NCBI GenBank assembly: GCA_016839515.1
Contig: JAEOUE010000030.1
Location: 1 to 48,806, forward strand
DNA: 48,806 nucleotides
Direction: 5' to 3'
From: Candidatus Hodarchaeum mangrovi
Lineage (GTDB): Archaea; Asgardarchaeota; Heimdallarchaeia; Hodarchaeales; Hodarchaeaceae
Both the position numbers and the translations under genes were made by a program. How positions within the stretch are numbered: position 1 is the stretch's first letter; each line of letters opens with the position of its first letter. The notes under the pieces are model-generated. The model saw nothing but the letters and a program-made list of their open reading frames with translations. It searched no databases and was not told the DNA's origin. Shown one piece after another: positions 37,256-44,710 of the stretch.

Positions 37256-38191
37256 TCGTTCCTACACCATTTGTTATTCATAATGAATGATTATGATTTT
37301 GTCGGATTTAGTATTTAATATGTTAAAAATAATTTGAAAAAGCAGTGCATTAGAAAGAGAATGTCTCGAAGTTGTTGAAAATGAAAGTATAAAGTTTATT
37401 TAAAAGGACACCCGAACAAATGGTGAATAAGATGTATTAGATAAATTGAAAATCTAACATTCTATTTGAATATATTTCGGTTCAATATCTTATTCAATTG
37501 TTTAATGGAAATTATAATCCGTAAAAAGGTCGTTTATTTACATAAAATAACTTCTGAATGAGATAATTATAAATTATTTTGATAAATTTTAGAACGCGAA
37601 AAAAGCTCATATTAACAGCTACTTTGTTTTAATCCTTCTCTCAATTCTTTGGTTTCAACAATTAATACTAATAGTATTTTTACTAACTCTATTGACTATA
37701 TACATAAATTTAAGTGAGTATTTAATTATAAAATCCCGACATTATCCAAAAACTGAAATAGATAATAGCCAAGAATTCAACGAATCCCAGAAATGGGATG
37801 AATATGTTGCAAAAAAAACTATGAGACGGTCTAGAGGTGTATGAATCACCAGAAAAGAACATTATTACTGCAATAAAGATAATTTTTAATTTCGTTTTGG
37901 TATCAATAAAACCCTACATTTTCACGAATCCATTATTTAGGTGTAGAACTTAAAGAAAACGAAAAATCTTTATCCAATCATGTAAAAAAACTTGATTAAA
38001 AAGAACCTAGATCTAGGTTGGGGTACATTATCACCAATATGTATTTCAATAGTCAATTATGAATTAATAAAAAAGGTATCCTTCACCTAAAAAAATACCT
38101 ATATAATGGAAGGTTGAATAAACCATTCAAAGATAGTTTTAATACCAATTAGATTAAAAGATTTAATGTTTCAAAAAGTAGTGTAAACATT

Positions 38192-38593
38192 ATGTTTCGT
38201 AAGAGAATTAAAGATATGTTGGAAATGATGGGAATTTCTGAGAATGTTGATGAAGAAATTTTAGATTCATTACAGCGTCAACTCTTCCAATTCTTAGAGT
38301 TTGATGACTCTTTAGCAGGTGGTATTACCTTTAAAACAGGTTCATTGGTCACAACTATACATGCACAAAATTATCAAGAAGTTCGAGATGAAATTTCTGA
38401 AGCTCTACAAAGAGGTGAGCCTTTAAGACGATTAAATCTAAAATTATCCTTAAGTAGTCTTTGTTTGTATCTAACGGAGGAAAAAATGTGTCAAGTGACA
38501 AATGAATCATGTCCTTTTCAAAAAAATTCAACCTGGTTTCAATGTGAGATTGTTCAAGATTCGTGTAAACCAACTAATGAGGAATGGAAATAA
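38192..38593 (+). CDS. Hypothetical protein with C-terminal cysteine cluster
   Basis: 133 aa ATG ORF; C-terminal CLY...CQVTNESCPF...CEIVQDSC suggests metal binding. Confidence 0.65.
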   Translation: MFRKRIKDMLEMMGISENVDEEILDSLQRQLFQFLEFDDSLAGGITFKTGSLVTTIHAQNYQEVRDEISEALQRGEPLRRLNLKLSLSSLCLYLTEEKMCQVTNESCPFQKNSTWFQCEIVQDSCKPTNEEWK

Positions 38594-38610
38594 ATCATCT
38601 TTAATGTAGC

Positions 38611-39132
38611 TTATATTTTATCAATAGTTTTGATAATGCTTTGTAAAATAAGTTGAATTCCTTTATTCTCTTTTACTGATATTGGATATATTTGAAAATT
38701 ATTCTTTGAAATAAATGATATTAGTTGCTTTGGAATCTCTTTCTTTTCCTTTTCAAACTTATTTCCTATAATAAATATTCTCTCTGGAGGAAGATTATCT
38801 TTTACAATTTCGAATAACTGTTTAATTCTTTCCTGAGATTCTTCATTCTTATAATCAAAAATTAATAATACAATTGTAGCTGATTTTAAAATTGATGATA
38901 ATAACTCTAAATATATCGAATTACCTGAAACATCACAGAATTGGAGATAATATTTCTTTTCATTTTGGGTAAAATCTAGATTTTCATAACGTAAACCACT
39001 TGTAGGGGAATAATCGTCTTCACTGAATGGTAGCTCAAACATTCGTCGTATTAATGATGTTTTACCCGTTTCCCGATCTCCCAAGAAAACTATTTTATAA
39101 TAGGCAGCTTTTTTTACTTTTTGAGTACTCAT
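38611..39132 (-). CDS. Rab-like small GTPase with divergent G3-G5 motifs
   Basis: KIVFLGDRETGKT, YSPTSG, DVSGN, LIFD, GNKFE and ISVK. Confidence 0.85.
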   Translation of the reverse strand: MSTQKVKKAAYYKIVFLGDRETGKTSLIRRMFELPFSEDDYSPTSGLRYENLDFTQNEKKYYLQFCDVSGNSIYLELLSSILKSATIVLLIFDYKNEESQERIKQLFEIVKDNLPPERIFIIGNKFEKEKKEIPKQLISFISKNNFQIYPISVKENKGIQLILQSIIKTIDKI

Positions 39133-39150
39133 TCAAACACCTATAAGCTT

Positions 39151-40155
39151 CTAGAGTACAATATTCTCAAAAATTATATCATATTTACTCATCGATGTCT
39201 TTTCTTGCCATAAATCAAAAAGTATAGTTCTCCTACTCTCCTCTAATTCATTTTCAACATTCTCTGATTCACTAACTACAATTCCTTTGTATTTTTTTAA
39301 GATCTGTTTTGTTACCCATGAAAACCCTTGAGTTACAAGAAAAATCTTAGAAACACCATAAAAGTTATCTGGATCTTGATTTAATAATGGCCCAACTATT
39401 TTTTCTATATCTATGGAATCAATTACTCCTGGTATACAGAACACCCAAATTCTCATGCCTTGAGAATCATATGCGATTAAATCAAAAGGCCCTGCTTCAA
39501 CTATTTTTTGTGCTGGTTGAATAAAGATAAGTCCTGGAATATTATTTGCAAAAACAGAAAAACGTAAGGCCAAAGCTGATGCAGAATTATCTCCTCCTAA
39601 GAGATTAGAATGTAGAACTTCAATAAACTTTGGAGCAATGGTAGCTAGTGTTATAAGAATGGTTTCACTATCCCCTGATAGGTTATTGATTATATTTTCA
39701 CTTACTCCAAACTCTCGTGCAAAATTACTGATCACTTGTGGAGTCAAGCCCGAAATACGTGACATTTCAGTGATAAGAGATCTATTAAACGCACTAATTG
39801 ATTTAGTTTCATAAAGGAGTGATAACGATTCTGTGGTTCGAGGTTGTTCTTTTATGGGAAGAAGAGAAGCCCTAAATTTTCCACTTTTGCTTAATTTTGT
39901 ATTATCCATTAGGAATTTAGCTTGTTCGAGTGCTACTTCATCGAGAGGTTTTCTTATTAAATGAGCTCCACAATCGATACATGAATGGAAGTTTATCTCA
40001 TTGCTTATAGAAAAGTGTCTTACTACTCCGACTTCACAGAAAAATGCTGATCGACACGTAGGACAGAAGAACGCAATAAAATTATCAGTAATATCCCTAC
40101 TTGGTCCTCCTTCAAGAACACAAGGACGACAATTACTATCACAATGTATTTTCAA
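39151..40155 (-). CDS. Cys-rich zinc-finger protein with possible degenerate restriction-endonuclease-like C-terminal domain
   Basis: N-terminal CDSNCRPC, CPTC....C, H and CIDCG; C-terminal GPFDLIAYD...RIWVFC...IDSIDIEK...KIFLVTQGFS resembles the Mrr-cat/PD-(D/E)xK layout. Confidence 0.55.
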   Translation of the reverse strand: MKIHCDSNCRPCVLEGGPSRDITDNFIAFFCPTCRSAFFCEVGVVRHFSISNEINFHSCIDCGAHLIRKPLDEVALEQAKFLMDNTKLSKSGKFRASLLPIKEQPRTTESLSLLYETKSISAFNRSLITEMSRISGLTPQVISNFAREFGVSENIINNLSGDSETILITLATIAPKFIEVLHSNLLGGDNSASALALRFSVFANNIPGLIFIQPAQKIVEAGPFDLIAYDSQGMRIWVFCIPGVIDSIDIEKIVGPLLNQDPDNFYGVSKIFLVTQGFSWVTKQILKKYKGIVVSESENVENELEESRRTILFDLWQEKTSMSKYDIIFENIVL

Positions 40156-40375
40156 TGAAAAAACCTCTCATTCTCTTAAATAAACCTTGGGATACTACTC
40201 CTTTTTAAGGATATTTTTCTTTTTAGAATTATTCTGGTTTTATAAAAATATCTGAATATTTACCTGAATGGACACTAAAAAATATTTTATTGATATTTAG
40301 TTTATCTTGTTGAAAACAATAATTTAAATACAGTATTTTTAATAGACGACAAAGTTCAGTTTTCTAATTTTAGTC

Positions 40376-40825
40376 ATGGTGAGAAAAATGGAATATATTG
40401 AACAAAATCTTCAAAAAATTTATTTAATACGTTTAATAAAAGGAGAAGATATTTTCAATTCAATTGAAACCTTTTGCAAACATGTATCTACAATTGAATC
40501 AGGTTTAATCCAAGGAATTGGAGCGGTATCCGAAATCCATATTGGATATTATAATGGTATGGAATATCAAAGAATAAACCTTATAGAAAATTTTGAAATA
40601 TTATCTTTAACTGGTAATGTCGTTACTAACAATATAGTTCATATTCATGGCATATTTGGAAGATCTGATGGTTCAACTCTTGGTGGGCATATTTTTCCTG
40701 GATGTATAGTCTCCTTTACCTGTGAAATTCTAATATTTGAACTAAATCCTCCAGTTATCAGAAAAATGGACAAAGAAATAAGATTAAATTTACTTGACCT
40801 ACCAAATAAAATAACATCTAATTAA
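40376..40825 (+). CDS. PPC/DUF296 domain protein
   Basis: IRLIKGEDI, GIGAV, EILSLTGNV and HIHGIFGRSDGSTLGGH. Confidence 0.9.
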   Translation: MVRKMEYIEQNLQKIYLIRLIKGEDIFNSIETFCKHVSTIESGLIQGIGAVSEIHIGYYNGMEYQRINLIENFEILSLTGNVVTNNIVHIHGIFGRSDGSTLGGHIFPGCIVSFTCEILIFELNPPVIRKMDKEIRLNLLDLPNKITSN

Positions 40826-40841
40826 ATGGAAAAGGATTATT

Positions 40842-41201
40842 ATGAAGAAAAGTATTGAATTTGGAAAAGTAGTTGGGCCATATAGTCCAGCTATTATTTC
40901 TTCGGGTAAAAATCTGATTTTTATATCAGGACAGCTAGCTTCTGATCTTCAAGCAGATATTAGAACTCAAACAAATCAAATAATGGGAAAAATAAAAGAC
41001 ATTTTAGCAAAAGTTGAAGTAAACATGGAAAATATTGTTAAAACTACTATTTTCTTGACTGACATGAGTGATTTTACTAGGGTAAATGAAGAGTATGCTA
41101 AATACTTTTCAGAAAACCCTCCAGCTCGTGCTACTGTACAGGTTGCCGGTTTACCTTTAAACGCTAAAATTGAAATAGAAGCAATCGCAATTATAAATTA
41201 G
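40842..41201 (+). CDS. ridA: RidA/YjgF/UK114 family reactive intermediate deaminase
   Basis: GPYSPA, IFISGQL, IVKTTIFL.DM.DF..VN..Y, PPARATVQV..LP and IEIEAIA. Confidence 0.92.
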   Translation: MKKSIEFGKVVGPYSPAIISSGKNLIFISGQLASDLQADIRTQTNQIMGKIKDILAKVEVNMENIVKTTIFLTDMSDFTRVNEEYAKYFSENPPARATVQVAGLPLNAKIEIEAIAIIN

Positions 41202-41209
41202 TTATAAAT

Positions 41210-43042
41210 TTAAGCTAAGTATTCCACTAGAAGCTGTCCACTTCCCTCATAAATGCTTTGAGCTAAAGTTACAATAATATACGGGACTTCACGTTGTGTG
41301 AGATAATCTAAAATCATTTCAAATCGCGTAGGATCATAATCAAGAGTAACCTTATCTAAAACGAATAAAGGATAATCTTCAATGTATTCCTCACGCCCAG
41401 CAAGCATAACAATTAAGGAAATGGTGATTCGCTCTGAATCACTTAATGATTGGATAGGTTGGTCAATAGTAACTCCACTTCGTTTTCGTTTAACAATAAG
41501 ATTGAATTGAGGATCGATACGAATACTTTCAAAATCACGATAACTCATTAATTGATAAACTTTCTTGATTTGAGTGTTGAAGTTTTCAATTACTCCTAAT
41601 TTTACCGCATTTTCACGATCTTGTAAATAGGGAAGAAAAACACTGTAAAATTCGTGTTCTGTTTGAATCATCTCTATTTGGCTCATACGTTCAGTTTTTT
41701 CTTTTATTTGCTTATCAATCTGTTCAATCTTTCCTTCTATTCTCTGAATTTTTGCATCTAATTGAGTGATTAGTTTAATAGAATCAGCTCGTTCTTGATC
41801 AATTGATTTTTCAAGTATTTTAAGTTCAACTTCTGTCTGTTTCAACTCTTTTTCTAGTGATTCTATCTCATTTGTTTTGTCAGAGATTTCCCGCTGTAAT
41901 CTCCTGAGTTCTTGCTTTGACTTATTTATCTTAATTTCATTATCATTCTTAATCTTATGAATTAATCCTTCAGTATCCTCTTTTCGTCTTTCAAGGTCAT
42001 CTATTTCAAATTCAATTTCTCGTAATCTTTTACTCAAATGTGAATCATCGACTAATAATTTATCCTCACGAGCCTTAGCATGTTTTTCTGTATAAGGTCG
42101 ACCACAAATAGTACATTTAGATAAATCTTTCATCGTGTAACGTAAATTAATCCAATTTCGGACCTCTTTTATTGATTTTTCGACTTCATTCTTTTCATTT
42201 TTTACCTCTTGTAAAAATTTTCGATTTTCCTTAATTCGATCAACGATCTGTGCTATTTCTTGATCAACTTGTGGATGTTCTTGCATAAAATTCTTGATTT
42301 CTTCTTCTAACGCCTTGATTTGGTTTTCTGACTCAATAATTCGATCTTTATCTAATTTTATTGTATCATTAGCTTGTTCTATCCTATTATGGAGAGAGAG
42401 AACTGTTTTTGACAATTTATGATATCGAGATTCAATCTCAGAGTATGATTGGATCTCTTCTAAATTTATTTCAGGTAGAGTTTCTCGTTCAATACGCGAT
42501 TCATCCAAATCATTATTCAACTTAACCTGTTCTATTTTCAAACTCTCGATATCACTTTCATACATTAAATAAATGCGAAGGTCCTTTTTTAGATTTGATA
42601 AACGATTTTGAACGTTTGAAATGAGAAATGAATAATATTTTACATCAGAATATTGAGTAATTAAACTTTCCAACCTCTTTCCGCTTGTGATAGCATTTAT
42701 TAATTCATTTTGGGGAGTTGCAAGAGTGAATAGATTAACTTTAGAACCTTCAGGATGAAAAGCAGCTCCTTCAACTATAAGTCTGTTTCCTTTTACTGTT
42801 AAAGTCCTTTTACAACCTATTTTTCCATTTTCCTGTATCTCAACTTCACCTGATGATTTAAATAAATTTATATAGTGTCTTCGTTGTTCTATATCTGATT
42901 TAGACATGTTAAGAAGTTCAATACCCTTAACAAATGAAGATTTACCTGTTGCATTAGGAGCTTTTATCAAATTTTTTCCTTTTTTAAAAGTTAGGGCTAT
43001 TTCATCAATTCCACCAATATTATAGAGCTTAACATGAAGCAT
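41210..43042 (-). CDS. Archaea-specific SMC-related ATPase (Sph/ClsN-like) with zinc hook
   Basis: N-terminal NIGGI and Walker A APNATGKSS, long coiled coils with a central CTICG hook, signature LSDSE and Walker B FVLDKV. Confidence 0.85.
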   Translation of the reverse strand: MLHVKLYNIGGIDEIALTFKKGKNLIKAPNATGKSSFVKGIELLNMSKSDIEQRRHYINLFKSSGEVEIQENGKIGCKRTLTVKGNRLIVEGAAFHPEGSKVNLFTLATPQNELINAITSGKRLESLITQYSDVKYYSFLISNVQNRLSNLKKDLRIYLMYESDIESLKIEQVKLNNDLDESRIERETLPEINLEEIQSYSEIESRYHKLSKTVLSLHNRIEQANDTIKLDKDRIIESENQIKALEEEIKNFMQEHPQVDQEIAQIVDRIKENRKFLQEVKNEKNEVEKSIKEVRNWINLRYTMKDLSKCTICGRPYTEKHAKAREDKLLVDDSHLSKRLREIEFEIDDLERRKEDTEGLIHKIKNDNEIKINKSKQELRRLQREISDKTNEIESLEKELKQTEVELKILEKSIDQERADSIKLITQLDAKIQRIEGKIEQIDKQIKEKTERMSQIEMIQTEHEFYSVFLPYLQDRENAVKLGVIENFNTQIKKVYQLMSYRDFESIRIDPQFNLIVKRKRSGVTIDQPIQSLSDSERITISLIVMLAGREEYIEDYPLFVLDKVTLDYDPTRFEMILDYLTQREVPYIIVTLAQSIYEGSGQLLVEYLA

Positions 43043-43284
43043 TATTTCTCAGCTCCTCTTTTCCATTGATGTGCATATTTTTGAAGCATTATTGTAAGAG
43101 GATCAGATTCTTTAATTGAGGAGGAAGGAATACTTCCTAACTCCTTGAGATACCCTATTATTGCAGATTCAGCTGAACTGAAAATCTCTTTCTCTCGAGT
43201 TGCTCTATTTTTTCCTGCAATTCCCTCTGGAGCGATTCCTTCTCGGTCTTCAGTATCTGGTGCCCTTCTTTTTCTTGGAGCCAT
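43042..43284 (-). CDS. Small hypothetical protein coupled to the SMC-like gene
   Basis: Its stop overlaps the SMC-like start (TAATG) and an AAGGAG SD precedes the ATG, but it overlaps the upstream ORF by 127 nt. Confidence 0.5.
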   Translation of the reverse strand: MAPRKRRAPDTEDREGIAPEGIAGKNRATREKEIFSSAESAIIGYLKELGSIPSSSIKESDPLTIMLQKYAHQWKRGAEK

Positions 43285-43544
43285 GAAGCAATCTCCTTTA
43301 TTCTATCATCAACTGTAACTTGTTCAATTCTTAGCGGTTCTGATATATATACTTCAATGTTTCCTTGCTCTATTTCCATCTCTGCTAAAACTAATGCAAT
43401 CCCCTTTCCACAATTTTTAACAAGATAGACGCTTTCGAGTTTTCCTATAAACAATTCTGGGTATTGTTTTAAATAACGGTTAAATTTCCGTTTTACATTT
43501 GTTGAACGCGGATATACCATAAGCATTACTATGGTCAGAACCAC
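43158..43544 (-). CDS. Hypothetical protein with C-terminal coiled coil
   Basis: 128-codon ORF co-oriented with the SMC-like gene; alpha/beta N-terminus and heptad C-terminus. The exact start is uncertain. Confidence 0.6.
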   Translation of the reverse strand: MVLTIVMLMVYPRSTNVKRKFNRYLKQYPELFIGKLESVYLVKNCGKGIALVLAEMEIEQGNIEVYISEPLRIEQVTVDDRIKEIASWLQEKEGHQILKTEKESLQRELQEKIEQLERKRFSVQLNLQ

Positions 43545-43633
43545 CTATAAATCGATTAGTGAATAAACATATTTAATAGATAATGACTAAATTTATTTTA
43601 AAGAAAACCTAAAAACTATATTGATTGATAAAA

Positions 43634-44185
43634 ATGAGTCATATTAATATCGAATTTAAAGCAAAGTGTCCAAACTCTAAAAAACACGAAGAAATCAGAC
43701 ACTATCTTGAAATGAAAGGTGCTGAATTTAAGGGGATAGATCATCAAAGAGATATATATTTCAAAGTCCGAAAAGGAAGATTAAAATTAAGAAGAGGAAA
43801 TATTGAATCATCTTTAATATATTATGAACGAGAGAATATTAAAGATCCAAAATCATCAAATATTATTCTCTACCATGTTGATAAAAGTTCACAGGATACG
43901 TTAGAGAAATTATTATTAAAAATATTTGATGTTCTTGTAGTAGTGGAGAAGAAACGAGCCATTTATTTTCTAGAGAATGTAAAATTCCATATTGATTCAG
44001 TAAATAATCTTGGGTTATTCATTGAAGTTGAAGCTATTGATATTGATGGATCATTGGGAGTAGAAAAAATTCGTGAACAGTGTGATCAATATCTAGAATT
44101 GTTCAATATTGATCCAAGTAATTTAATTAAGGTTTCCTATTCTGATCTCTTATTAGCGAAAGATTCAATAAATTTGCATGAATGA
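43634..44185 (+). CDS. CYTH domain protein (class IV adenylate cyclase/triphosphatase-like)
   Basis: NIEFKAK, QRDIYF, RLKLR, VEKKR.IY, HIDSVNNLGLFIEVE and SYSDLL. ATG 43634 is preferred to the track's TTG at 43625. Confidence 0.9.
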   Translation: MSHINIEFKAKCPNSKKHEEIRHYLEMKGAEFKGIDHQRDIYFKVRKGRLKLRRGNIESSLIYYERENIKDPKSSNIILYHVDKSSQDTLEKLLLKIFDVLVVVEKKRAIYFLENVKFHIDSVNNLGLFIEVEAIDIDGSLGVEKIREQCDQYLELFNIDPSNLIKVSYSDLLLAKDSINLHE

Positions 44186-44436
44186 TTTTTTGAATCCTTT
44201 GGATATCCACAGTTTGAGCAAAAATTTGGTCGTGTATATACTACTTTACCTTTTTGTTTAATTTGTGAAATTCGATGAAGAGGAATATGATCCTCTTGTT
44301 GTTTTACTAGGAATTCTGTAAAGGAAATTTCGATATAATTTGATATCTCACGGTATACTAAAGAATATTCATGTGGATTTTCATTTCCATGAATTATCTT
44401 CGAGAACCATTCACGGATTTCACCTTTTTTAGGCAT
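44137..44436 (-). CDS. DUF504 (MJ1316-like) protein with C-terminal CxxC
   Basis: IREWFSKI...Y.LVYR...IPLHRISQIK..GKVVY.R matches the DUF504 pattern; the tail reads FCSNCG. Confidence 0.75.
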   Translation of the reverse strand: MPKKGEIREWFSKIIHGNENPHEYSLVYREISNYIEISFTEFLVKQQEDHIPLHRISQIKQKGKVVYTRPNFCSNCGYPKDSKNHSCKFIESFANKRSE

Positions 44437-44482
44437 ATGTATTCAATGAGAAAAGGAAATTTTAAATCTTTTTGGAGAATAG

Positions 44483-44670
44483 AAGGGGATGATGGCAGGT
44501 CTTTTCATCCCCTTTGATGTATAGCACTAGCAATCTTGGGTATTGAAATGAATATGAGAAAATTGATCAGCATACTTTGATTTCAATGCCTTGATTGCTA
44601 AGCTCAAACGGGATTTTGATGCTTATATATGCTCGGAATGAGGCAAGCCTAGGTATCAATATTTTGATAA
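44483..44670. ncRNA. Candidate structured RNA or structured leader (multiple stem-loops), family unassigned
   Basis: A perfect 10-bp inverted repeat (aaggggatga 44483-92 / tcatcccctt 44505-14), a long imperfect stem (tagcaatc 44528-35 / gattgcta 44593-600 and ggtattgaaat 44539-49 / atttcaatgcc 44580-90), and further small hairpins downstream. Confidence 0.4.
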
Positions 44671-44710
44671 ATCTATTATATGACCTTAAGAGACACAGAA
44701 GGGATATACT

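Noticed and set aside
30016-43042. Mre11-Rad50 (SbcCD) pair formed by the phosphoesterase and the SMC-like ATPase
   Set aside because: The genes are ~10 kb apart, the phosphoesterase is the short YfcE-like type (NPGSVGQPRDG), and the ATPase signature is Sph/ClsN-like.
43261-43284. MAPRKRR as a nuclear-localisation-like signal
   Set aside because: Short basic runs arise easily, and this one lies in the alternative frame of an overlapping ORF, so it may not be translated.
43158-43544. Cas2 gene / CRISPR locus
   Set aside because: The resemblance is loose, the Cas2 Y-D acidic residue is absent (YP), and there is no cas1 or repeat-spacer array in the window.
44483-44710. Cobalamin riboswitch, SRP RNA, RNase P RNA or fluoride riboswitch
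   Set aside because: Only fragments match (AAGACCTGCC on the minus strand, ACAGAAGGG on the plus strand). The GGGAA/CCCGCAACTGT elements, SRP helix 8 and GAGGAAAGTCC are absent, so it is kept only as an unassigned structured element.
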